DNA of 29,756 nucleotides, from positions 1-29,756 of IMG/VR virus record IMGVR_UViG_3300034118_000003. One strand, written 5' to 3'. Of the stretch, positions 1-8,759 are shown piece by piece. A program made the position numbers and the translations under genes. Within the stretch, counting starts at the first letter, position 1. Every line of letters starts with the position of its first letter. Source of the stretch: a virus (lineage: Duplodnaviria > Caudoviricetes). Below the pieces are notes generated by a model, which was not told the origin of the DNA, ran no database searches, and saw only the letters and a program-made list of their open reading frames with translations.

Positions 1-2
1 AG

Positions 3-875
3 CCCAAAGACCTGATCCTCGATCTGGTAGACCGGCAGGGCGACGATGTGGCGCTGGTGACCGCCTCGACCTACGAGAACCTCGACAACCTCGCTGACAA
101 CTTCCGCAAGCAGATCCTGCAGTACGAAGGCACCAAGCTCGGGCGGCAGGAGATCTACGCTGAGCTGATCGACCCCGAAGAGGGCGGCATGGTCAAGCGG
201 GAGCATTTCCGCCTGTGGCCTGTCAACAAGCCGTTCCCCAAGTTCGAATACATCATCCAGAGCTATGACTGCGCGTACACGGAAAAGACTGTCAATGATC
301 CAACCGCCGCCACCACTTGGGGCGTCTTTAAGCCTCAGGACGGCCCGATGTCTGTCATGCTCATCGATGCGTGGCAAGACCGCCTGCAGTACCCGGATCT
401 CCGTCCGAAGGTTATTGAGGAGTTCAAAGTATCGTTTGGGGCTGACCCCGAGGATGAAGAGCGAGGAAACTATTCCGGCGGCAAGAAGGTTGACCTTGTA
501 CTTATTGAAGACAAGGCTGCTGGCATATCCCTGATCCAAGACTTACAGAGGGCGCATCTTCCGGTGAGGGCGTACAACCCCGGACGGGCGGACAAGATAC
601 AGCGGCTGTCGATTGTGGCGAACATCATCTCGCACAAGCGGGTGTGGATACCCGAGAGCAGCACGAGGAAGGGTTACGTGCGGGACTGGGCTGAAGGCTT
701 TGTAAGCCAGATCTGCAGCTTCCCTGAGTCTACGCATGATGACTTTGTAGACAGTTGCACGCAGGCACTACGGTACTTGAGGGATGCGGGTTTCCTTGAC
801 ATTGACCCACGCCTTGAGGAAGATCGGGAAGTTGAATACTACGGGCGCAAGAAGGGTAATCCTTACGCGATCTGA
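3..875 (+). CDS. terL: Terminase large subunit, C-terminal part (5'-truncated by window edge)
   Basis: Frame is open from nt 3 (PKDLILDL...). Contains QSYDCA, IEDKAAG, DKIQR and the FPESTHDDFVDS RNase H-like nuclease motifs typical of terminase C-terminal domains; lies upstream of the portal. Confidence 0.92.
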   Translation, partial: PKDLILDLVDRQGDDVALVTASTYENLDNLADNFRKQILQYEGTKLGRQEIYAELIDPEEGGMVKREHFRLWPVNKPFPKFEYIIQSYDCAYTEKTVNDPTAATTWGVFKPQDGPMSVMLIDAWQDRLQYPDLRPKVIEEFKVSFGADPEDEERGNYSGGKKVDLVLIEDKAAGISLIQDLQRAHLPVRAYNPGRADKIQRLSIVANIISHKRVWIPESSTRKGYVRDWAEGFVSQICSFPESTHDDFVDSCTQALRYLRDAGFLDIDPRLEEDREVEYYGRKKGNPYAI

Positions 876-877
876 CC

Positions 878-3800
878 ATGCCAAACCTTACCCAAATATC
901 CCGATTGTTACGCGCTATGCGGCAGGAGGCCAAAGCCGCCAAGCCTGCTGGCAATCTGGACGAGCTTCTGGCGGGGTTGCCGAAGGCTTCTCCTGAGGTA
1001 GAGGCGCGTGTAAAGGCTGAGATCGCAGAGCGTGAGCTTGCGGCGAGTGAGGCAAAGAAGGTTAAGCCGACTGACAAGACGAAGGGTAAGGCAGCTATCG
1101 CTGAGATGAAGCGCATCCTGATGACGCCCGAAGAGAGGGCGGCAAGCGAGGCGCAGCTTCGTGAGCAAGGGCTGCAGAGCTTCCTTGAGCCATCGGCGGT
1201 CAAAGAGCGGCTGTATCACGGAACATCAAGGCCTGATTTAACTGAATTTAAAACGGGCAAGATGATAAAAGAAAAACAATATCCCGGGAACACGATTGAG
1301 CCTTGGGCGGTTGATAATCGGGATGCTGTCTTTTTAACCCCTGATCCACAGTTTTCTAGCAGATATTCAGGTGGCGATTGGGAGGTTAGCGGCGGGTATA
1401 CGCCGACCACATATCCGGTGCGTGTTCAAGTTAAAAACCCTTGGGATTACGAAAACCCAGATCACATTGAAGGCGTCATTCAAGCATACAAAGAAAAATA
1501 CCCGTTGCGGCGAGATAAATCAGGAGCTGTACCTTCAGAAGAATCATTGAGGCATCATTGGTTTGAAAAAAATGTGCGCGAGTTGCCTTTGCGCGAAAGA
1601 GACAATTGGAGCGGTGTAGAGAAGGCTGATTTACAAGAAATCATAAGGAGTTTGGGACACGATGCTTTTTTTGTAAAAGAGGCTGGAATAAAAAACCTTG
1701 GTGTTTACGATCCGCGCAGGATCAAATCCGCCATCGGCAACCGTGGCACCTACGACATCACCGACCCTGACATTACGAAAGCCGAGGGTGGCCTAGCCAT
1801 GCAGGCTGGTGGCGTTCCCACCTTCATGAAGCTGATCAAGAAGCTGACGACCGACATCAAGAAGGCCGAGAAGGCTGGCGACCTTGAGACTTCGTTAGCG
1901 AAGCGCAAGGAATTGAATAAGGCTATTCAATCTGGTGTGAACGACCCGCTGATGCCCCGAGCCCAGCCGTTGACGCAAGCAGAGATTCGGATGTACGCCG
2001 AGCGTATGGCTCCGCAGGTGGCGGGTGAATTGACCCGAGGCGCTGGTGCGAAGACCGTCGCAGGCAAGAGTCAGAAGCAGTTCAAGCGTGAGCAGACCCT
2101 GCCTGTTGATCGCAAAGTATTGCCGGGTGCGGTTGACCCGTCGGCCCCGCTGCCGTACATGACGCTGGAAGACCAGATAGACTCGGTGTTGCTTGGCCTG
2201 CCGGGTGATCCAACGCTGGCACGGGTGAGCTTGGCGGGGATTGGCGATGTGCCGTTTGCGCGGGCTGTAACGCAGCACGGTGGCCCTCGCTATGGCGATG
2301 AGAACAAGTTGTGGGCGTCTAACCTAAGTGCGGCTACAGGGCTTCTGAATGCGGCTGACAGGGCTTCTCGGCAGTTTGGCGATGCTCCGGTGATTGCGTC
2401 GTACATGAAGATGCCAAGCGGGTTTGGGTTTGCCCAGCACTATCTTGAGTCACTGCTGCAGTATCAGCGGCCCGATCTGCTGAACAAGGCGGCACGAGAG
2501 GCGTTAGAGAAGGACATCAGGGCAGGTTTTGTTGATGATGGCAAGCGCGTCACGTTCCCCAACTTCCCCGGCTTTGATGACCTTGGTGCTGTAGCTCAGG
2601 CTGCTGAGAGCGACTCAATTTTGCGTAAGCACATAGCGGCGAAGTTAGGCACAAGTGAGAAGTACGGCCTGCGTTCTGCTGCCGATGTGCAGTTCGCTAT
2701 CAGCCACCCTGAGTTGACGAATCTAGAGACGGGCGCGTCAGGCTTTACCTTGGGTGAGCTTCACGCAAAACCGTTGGCCTTGTCATCGCACCCGACCTAT
2801 GAGTACGACATTTTAGGCAAGGTGTTAGGCCAGACGCAGTATCCGACGCCTTATGACTTGATGTACCGCGATCAACTAGAGCTGATCCGCAATAACCCAG
2901 AAGCCCCTGAGTTCAACACGTTGAAGATGTTGGGCGCACGCCAGAAGATCGACGATCAACTGGTCAACGAGATCAACGAGTACCAAGAGCGTATGCGTCA
3001 GTTACTGGGTCGCAAGAAAGGCGGAGCCGTGAAGAAAGCCGAAGGTGGTGCTGCCAGCCTGACCGACCTACCTGATGAAGTCACGCCTGCAAACTGGCGT
3101 GAGCATCTACAGAACAATGTACTGGCTGATGCCCGTGCATTGCTGGGTGTGAAAGACGGCGGGGCGATTGACCTAAACGATCTGATCGAGCAGAGGCTGA
3201 AGAAGAAGCAGGGCGGCGCGATTGACCTGAATGATCTGATTGAGTGGAAGATAGCTAAGAACGAGCATCGCAAGATGAAAGAAGGCGGCGCGGTGAAGAT
3301 GCAGGGCGGTGGCAACCCCGGCGAAGTTTCGGGTGAGATGTTCAAGCCGAAGCCGTTAACGATTCCTGAGCCCATTACAGACCTTGTAGAGGCATTGCGG
3401 CGGAAGTTTGAGCAAGAGAAGCGCTCGATGAGAAAGCCGGGCGCTGTCCAAGACGTTCTGATGCGCGGCCCTGTGGCTGCGTATGCGGGTGCGCCTGCTG
3501 ACATCGTTGGCATGGGTGGCGAGTTGCTCGACTTCGTTCAGAAGAAGATCCCTGTATTGCGTAAGCCTGCGTCGGTGATGGACACGGGGCCAGAGAAGAC
3601 GCCACCGATGGGCTATGCCCCAGCGTTCCCGCTGTCGCCTGAAGGTTCATACGGCACGACGGCTGCACAAGAGCTGATGGGCAAGGCTGGTCTGACGACT
3701 GGCGAAGAGCGCCCGCTGTTTGAAATGGGTGCGATGGTTGCGGCTCCGGTTGCTGGCTACGCCGGGTTTAAGGCTGGCAAGGCTTTAGCGCCTACTGCGA

Positions 3801-5476
3801 TGGAGATGCTAGACGTTGAGCTGGCAAACATGATGAAGCCTTATCAGATGGCTGTAGCGCCTGAAGGCAAGGCTGGCAAACTAAAAGCGCCTGCTAACCC
3901 TGTTGGCTTCTACAACCCTGCTGAGAAGGCTGCGTTGAATCTACAGCGCAAGAAGGGGCCGGGGTCTGCATTCATTAGCGACATGAAGAAGCAGCCGGGG
4001 GTGACCGACGAGCGCATCGCTGAGCTTGGGCTGACTGATCTGGCGTCGAACCCTAACCTGACTCGGGAAGAAGTGATCGCAGCGGCTGAGCAGAACCGCA
4101 TCCCGTTGCGTGAGTCTGTGCGCAGGCCTTATCAAGAGTCTGATGAGTATTCAGAGACCGCTGACGCTTTGAAGGAAAGCATTCGATACAGAGAGGGCGG
4201 TATACAGCAGGTGCAGGCAGAGTTAGATCGCGTAAGAGCTACTGCGCCTGATAGCCCGCTAGTCGGACAGTACGAGCGCAAGATTGAAACGATGCGTGAG
4301 TCGATTGCGCGTGATCAACAGAAACTAGAAGCGGCAAAGCCATCGCTGTATGGCCCTGACTCGCACCCTGACTACAACATGCCGGGTGGTGAGAACTACC
4401 GCGAGATTCGTGTTGCCTTACCAAACACGCAAAAGAAAAAAGAAATACACGAATGGTTTGATCCAAAGACGCAAACAAGCAAACAGTTTGCAACGCAGGA
4501 AGAAGCTATCGCCGACAAAGGAAAGCCTGCGAGTGCTTACATTATGAAAAGATATGAGATGGAGGGCGCTGAGCCTTTCTATCATAAGACCCACCACGGC
4601 GATGAGCCAAACGTCCTATTCCATTTGCGCGTCGCCGACCACGTTGACGAAGAAGGCAAGAAGGGTTTGCTGATCGATGAGCTGCAGTCTGACTGGCATC
4701 AAACGGGCAGGGAGAAGGGATACGGTCGCCAGCCAAGTACGTTTATGTTGGTTAATCCAAAAACAAGTGGCGCAGTAGGTAATTTTGCAACCAAAGAAGA
4801 AGCAGAGAAATTTTTAAAAACAAGCCCAAGAGCAGAAGAGTTTGCTCAAGGTAAATTTTTTGTTTTTGAGAACAAGGGCAAAGTGGTTGTTCCCGACGCC
4901 CCATTCAAAGACAACTGGTATCAGCTTGGCTTGAAGCGAGCGATCAAAGAAGCCGCAGACACCGGCATGGATCGCGTGTACCTGACGACAGGTGCGCGGC
5001 AGGCTGATCGTTATGACCTGAGAAAGCATATTGGTTACTTAAGCATTAAGCCAAGACAAAATAACATGTTGCTTATCAATGCAACTAAAGATGGTGATCA
5101 AGTTATATGGAAAGAAGTGCCAAAGGATCAATTGGCTGATTACGTTGGCAAAGACATGGCGAAGAAAGCCATAAGCGACATAGACGCTGGCAATCCCGCT
5201 CAATATAGCGGCCTCGATTTGAAGGTTGGCGGCGAAGGTATGAAGCAGTATTACGACAAGACCTACAAGAACTATCTTGAGAAGTACGCCAAGAAACATG
5301 GCGGCAAGTTGGGTATGACCAAGATTGCTGAAGGCGAGCCCGTTTACTTTATCGACCTGACCGACGCCATGCGCGAGTCTGCCAAGAAGGGGCAATCTTA
5401 TGCCTTCGGTGGCGGCGTATTTAACACTGATCCTGACATCACAGACTCTGGTCGGATCATTCCCCATAATATTTAG
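878..5476 (+). CDS. Large polyvalent protein (1532 aa) with ADP-ribosyltransferase-like (ART-PolyVal-type) domain and further uncharacterised domains; probably virion-internal/ejected
   Basis: LYHGT...VFLT...YS...YPVRVQVKNP...GHDAF...VYDPRRIKSAIGNRGTYD (~1205-1775) matches the ART domains of phage polyvalent proteins. The C-terminal PGGENYRE...HLRV...IDELQSDWHQ...PDAPFK region is also typical of such proteins. Modules are separated by K/A-x-GG linkers. Confidence 0.7.
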   Translation: MPNLTQISRLLRAMRQEAKAAKPAGNLDELLAGLPKASPEVEARVKAEIAERELAASEAKKVKPTDKTKGKAAIAEMKRILMTPEERAASEAQLREQGLQSFLEPSAVKERLYHGTSRPDLTEFKTGKMIKEKQYPGNTIEPWAVDNRDAVFLTPDPQFSSRYSGGDWEVSGGYTPTTYPVRVQVKNPWDYENPDHIEGVIQAYKEKYPLRRDKSGAVPSEESLRHHWFEKNVRELPLRERDNWSGVEKADLQEIIRSLGHDAFFVKEAGIKNLGVYDPRRIKSAIGNRGTYDITDPDITKAEGGLAMQAGGVPTFMKLIKKLTTDIKKAEKAGDLETSLAKRKELNKAIQSGVNDPLMPRAQPLTQAEIRMYAERMAPQVAGELTRGAGAKTVAGKSQKQFKREQTLPVDRKVLPGAVDPSAPLPYMTLEDQIDSVLLGLPGDPTLARVSLAGIGDVPFARAVTQHGGPRYGDENKLWASNLSAATGLLNAADRASRQFGDAPVIASYMKMPSGFGFAQHYLESLLQYQRPDLLNKAAREALEKDIRAGFVDDGKRVTFPNFPGFDDLGAVAQAAESDSILRKHIAAKLGTSEKYGLRSAADVQFAISHPELTNLETGASGFTLGELHAKPLALSSHPTYEYDILGKVLGQTQYPTPYDLMYRDQLELIRNNPEAPEFNTLKMLGARQKIDDQLVNEINEYQERMRQLLGRKKGGAVKKAEGGAASLTDLPDEVTPANWREHLQNNVLADARALLGVKDGGAIDLNDLIEQRLKKKQGGAIDLNDLIEWKIAKNEHRKMKEGGAVKMQGGGNPGEVSGEMFKPKPLTIPEPITDLVEALRRKFEQEKRSMRKPGAVQDVLMRGPVAAYAGAPADIVGMGGELLDFVQKKIPVLRKPASVMDTGPEKTPPMGYAPAFPLSPEGSYGTTAAQELMGKAGLTTGEERPLFEMGAMVAAPVAGYAGFKAGKALAPTAMEMLDVELANMMKPYQMAVAPEGKAGKLKAPANPVGFYNPAEKAALNLQRKKGPGSAFISDMKKQPGVTDERIAELGLTDLASNPNLTREEVIAAAEQNRIPLRESVRRPYQESDEYSETADALKESIRYREGGIQQVQAELDRVRATAPDSPLVGQYERKIETMRESIARDQQKLEAAKPSLYGPDSHPDYNMPGGENYREIRVALPNTQKKKEIHEWFDPKTQTSKQFATQEEAIADKGKPASAYIMKRYEMEGAEPFYHKTHHGDEPNVLFHLRVADHVDEEGKKGLLIDELQSDWHQTGREKGYGRQPSTFMLVNPKTSGAVGNFATKEEAEKFLKTSPRAEEFAQGKFFVFENKGKVVVPDAPFKDNWYQLGLKRAIKEAADTGMDRVYLTTGARQADRYDLRKHIGYLSIKPRQNNMLLINATKDGDQVIWKEVPKDQLADYVGKDMAKKAISDIDAGNPAQYSGLDLKVGGEGMKQYYDKTYKNYLEKYAKKHGGKLGMTKIAEGEPVYFIDLTDAMRESAKKGQSYAFGGGVFNTDPDITDSGRIIPHNI
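3158..3244 (+). repeat. Intragenic direct repeat (GGAIDLNDLIE x2, 54-nt period)
   Basis: ggcggggcgattgacctaaacgatctgatcgag (3158-3190) versus ggcggcgcgattgacctgaatgatctgattgag (3212-3244). Confidence 0.9.
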
Positions 5477-5487
5477 AGGAAAGCATC

Positions 5488-7980
5488 ATGCCTGAAATGC
5501 CTATCGACCCTGAGTTTGGTCGCTTCATAGCGGGGATCACGGAGACTGAAGACGGTGGTGCTTTAGTTGACATGGAAGAAGATGAGATGGAAGTCGAAGA
5601 GCTGGAAGACGGCTCTGCGATTGTCCGCGAGTCTGAGTTCAAAGGCCCCGAAGAAGACGAAGAGTTCTACGCTAACCTTGCTGAAAGCCTGAATGATCTT
5701 GATCTACAGGTCTTGGCAAGCAAGTACCTACGCCTGTTCGATAAGGACAAGGAAGACCGCAAAGAGCGCGACAAGCAGTACGAGGATGGTCTGCGCCGTA
5801 CTGGCTTGGGCAACGACGCTCCGGGTGGCGCTAACTTCAATGGTGCCTCGAAGGTAGTTCATCCGGTTATGGCTGAGGCTTGCGTAGACTTCGCAGCTCG
5901 GGCGATCAAAGAGCTATTCCCACCTGATGGCCCAACGAGAACCAAGATCGTGGGTGAGGTGACGCCTGAGAAGACTGACAGAGCCGAGCGTAAGCGCGAC
6001 TACATGAACTGGCAGTTGACCGAGCAGATCGAAGAGTACCGCGACGAGCAAGAGCAGATGTTCACCCAGCTTCCGATGGGTGGCTCTCAGTACATGAAGA
6101 TGTGGTACGACGAGCAGAAGCGCCGTCCATGCGCTGAGTTCGTTCCTATCGACAACATCCTGCTGCCATTTGCTGCGTCGAATTTCTACACCGCGCAGCG
6201 TGCGACTGAGATGATGGACATCACGGAGTACGAGTTCCGTGCGCGTGTTGAGCGTGGCCTGTATCGGGACGTTGAGCTGATCGGAGCGAGTCTTGACCCT
6301 GAGCCAACCGGCCCTGAGAAGGCGAACAACAAGATTGAAGGCCGCAGTCCGGGTGAAAACATCGACGGTGTGCGCCGTGTTTACCACTGCTATACGCATT
6401 TAGAGCTGGAAGACGACCCAAGAACCAAGGGCAAGATGGCTCCGTACATCCTGATGATCGACGAGTTGGACTCTGAGGTCGTTGGTTTGTACCGGAACTG
6501 GGAAGAAGGCGACGAATCGATGACCAAGTTGGACTGGATCGTCGAATTTAAGTTCATCCCTTGGCGTGGTGCGTATGCGATTGGTCTTCCTCATCTGATT
6601 GGTGGCCTGTCTGCAGCCCTTACAGGGGCTTTGAGAGCGCTTTTAGACACCGCGCACATCAATAACTCGGCAACAATGATCAAACTGAAGGGGGCGAAGG
6701 TCTCTGGACAGTCGGATCAGATCGAAGTTACCGAGGTGAAAGAGATTGAAGCGGCTCCGGGCGTTGATGACATCCGCAAAGTAGCGATGCCGCTGCCATT
6801 TAACCCGCCATCGCCGGTACTGATGGAGCTTTTGGGGTGGCTGACGCAGGCGGCGAAGGGTGTAATCACCACTTCTGAGGAAAAAATCGCTGATGTAAGC
6901 TCACAGGCACCTGTTGGCACGACTTTGGCGATGATTGAGCAGGGCGCGTCGGTGTTTTCTGCCATTCATGCGCGGTTGCATGAGTCTCAGAAGCGCGTTT
7001 TGATGATTTTGGGTCGGATTAACCGCTGGTATCTGGACGATCAGGCCAAAGGTGACGTTGTTGCCGACCTAGAGATCAGCCGCGAGGACTTTGAGCGCAA
7101 TTCGGACGTCATTCCGGTGTCTGATCCGCACATTTTCAGCGAATCCCAGCGCATGGCGCAGACCCAGATGGTCATTTCGCTGATGGACAAGTACCCGCAG
7201 TTGTTTGACCCACCTGCGGTGATCCAGCGGATTCTGAAGCAGGCCAAGATCCCGAACGTAAACGAGCTTATGCCTACCGCTGCGAAGCCCATAGAGGCCG
7301 CTGCAAGCGACGAAAACGCTGCGATGGCACTTGGTAAGCCTGCGTTCGCTTATCCCCGCCAAGACCACCTAGCGCACCTCCAAACGCATTTGGATTTTGC
7401 GAAAGACCCGATCTTTGGCTCCAACCCGCTGTTTGCTCAGAAGTTCATCCCGCAGGTTATTGAGCATTGCAAGCAGCACATGATGCTCTGGTACACGAAC
7501 CAGATTAATCAATATGCAACATCTGGCACGCAGATCAACCTGCAGAAGTACGCAGAGATTGATGCGCCTAAAGAGATTGATCGGACTGTGGCGGTGGCTT
7601 CTCAGCACGTTGCTATGGACAGCCAGCAGGTGTTCGAGCAGGTATTGCCGGTGTTGCAACAGTTGAGCCAGCAGTTGCAGCAGATGACGCAGGCGCAGGC
7701 CGAGATGCAGAAGCGGTTGTTGGCTGATCCGCAGGCTCAGGCTGTACTGGAGTCGTCGCTGGCTGAAACACAGCGTCGTGCGGCTAGAGATCAGGCCGAC
7801 ATTGCTCTGAAGAAGGATGAGCAACAGATCGACATTGCAAAGAATGCTGAGGACAACCTCACAAAAGAACGTATTGCCACTGCAAAGATTAGTTTCGATG
7901 CAGACCGGCTGCGTAAGGAGCAGGAAGACACTGCTATCTCGCTGCAACAAGCAGCACAACGTACTTTAGGGAGGCTGTAA
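5488..7980 (+). CDS. Portal protein (P22-like, long Gln-rich coiled-coil C-terminus)
   Basis: 830 aa; VVHPVMAEAC, DYMNWQL, YGIGL-like (YAIGLPHLIG), APVGTTLA and SAIHARLH motifs of podovirus-type portals; SD AGAGGA; position between terminase and head genes. Confidence 0.85.
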   Translation: MPEMPIDPEFGRFIAGITETEDGGALVDMEEDEMEVEELEDGSAIVRESEFKGPEEDEEFYANLAESLNDLDLQVLASKYLRLFDKDKEDRKERDKQYEDGLRRTGLGNDAPGGANFNGASKVVHPVMAEACVDFAARAIKELFPPDGPTRTKIVGEVTPEKTDRAERKRDYMNWQLTEQIEEYRDEQEQMFTQLPMGGSQYMKMWYDEQKRRPCAEFVPIDNILLPFAASNFYTAQRATEMMDITEYEFRARVERGLYRDVELIGASLDPEPTGPEKANNKIEGRSPGENIDGVRRVYHCYTHLELEDDPRTKGKMAPYILMIDELDSEVVGLYRNWEEGDESMTKLDWIVEFKFIPWRGAYAIGLPHLIGGLSAALTGALRALLDTAHINNSATMIKLKGAKVSGQSDQIEVTEVKEIEAAPGVDDIRKVAMPLPFNPPSPVLMELLGWLTQAAKGVITTSEEKIADVSSQAPVGTTLAMIEQGASVFSAIHARLHESQKRVLMILGRINRWYLDDQAKGDVVADLEISREDFERNSDVIPVSDPHIFSESQRMAQTQMVISLMDKYPQLFDPPAVIQRILKQAKIPNVNELMPTAAKPIEAAASDENAAMALGKPAFAYPRQDHLAHLQTHLDFAKDPIFGSNPLFAQKFIPQVIEHCKQHMMLWYTNQINQYATSGTQINLQKYAEIDAPKEIDRTVAVASQHVAMDSQQVFEQVLPVLQQLSQQLQQMTQAQAEMQKRLLADPQAQAVLESSLAETQRRAARDQADIALKKDEQQIDIAKNAEDNLTKERIATAKISFDADRLRKEQEDTAISLQQAAQRTLGRL

Positions 7981-8156
7981 TGGCTATAACCGATAAGGAT
8001 CAACAGTCAGAGCTGGTAAAGCAACATCAGCGTATGGCTGCGGGAGCGTGGGTAACTGGTGAGACGTTAAAAGAGCAAGGCTCTGCGACGATGCCAGAGG
8101 CCAACAGCGACCACGGTAACTTCGGCGGTAAGGGCATCGACAAGTCGAACGCATGA
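7980..8156 (+). CDS. Hypothetical protein, 58 aa (not in ORF track)
   Basis: ATG overlaps the portal stop (TAATG) with SD GGGAGG. Reads MAITDKDQQSELVKQHQRMAAG...DKSNA*; its stop overlaps the next ATG (ATGA), exactly filling the gap. Confidence 0.8.
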   Translation: MAITDKDQQSELVKQHQRMAAGAWVTGETLKEQGSATMPEANSDHGNFGGKGIDKSNA

Positions 8157-8338
8157 GGTATGTGTCCGATCTGATTGATGCGCTGAAAGACGAGCAATCC
8201 AAGATCCAGAGAAGTCTTGCACAAGGACATGCTCCGACTTGGGAGGCGTACCAAAGGCTCGTCGGTAATCACCAAGGCTTACAAGATGCCTTGGACATCA
8301 TTAACGATTTACTAAAGGAAAAAGATGAAGATGAGTGA
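8153..8338 (+). CDS. Hypothetical protein, 61 aa (helical)
   Basis: Overlaps both neighbours (ATGA junction upstream); small gene of the kind commonly found before phage GroES. Confidence 0.75.
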   Translation: MRYVSDLIDALKDEQSKIQRSLAQGHAPTWEAYQRLVGNHQGLQDALDIINDLLKEKDEDE

Positions 8339-8759
8339 ACCGGTAGCTTTTGACGAAGCTGAAATCGAGTGGGCTTTTCCCACGGTTGATCCCGGTGCCA
8401 AACCTCTTGGAGCAAGAATCTTAGTTCAGTTACGCCGTGCCAAAAAGAAGGCAACTTCTGCGGGGATCATCCTAGTCGAAGAGACGAAGGAGACCGAGAA
8501 GTGGCAGAACATGGTGGCTAAGGTAATCGCTGTAGGCCCTTTGGCCTTCAAGAAGCGCGACACAATGGAACCGTGGCCTGAGGGCTCGTGGTGCGATGTG
8601 GGTGACTTTATTCGCGTCCCTAAGTGGGGCGGTGATCGCTGGGAAGTTCTCGTTGAGAGCGAGCCAGATGAAGATCCCGCGCTTTTTGCTGTGTTCAATG
8701 ATCATGAGGTAATTGCCAAAGTGCTAGGCAATCCTCTGTCCGTGAGGGCTTTCGTATGA
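8325..8759 (+). CDS. groES: GroES/Cpn10-like co-chaperonin (start 8325 or 8331)
   Basis: KPLGARILV, mobile loop TSAGIIL, AKVIAVGP, VGDFI..PKWGG, DHEVIAKV follow the Cpn10 fold signature. Confidence 0.85.
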   Translation: MKMSEPVAFDEAEIEWAFPTVDPGAKPLGARILVQLRRAKKKATSAGIILVEETKETEKWQNMVAKVIAVGPLAFKKRDTMEPWPEGSWCDVGDFIRVPKWGGDRWEVLVESEPDEDPALFAVFNDHEVIAKVLGNPLSVRAFV

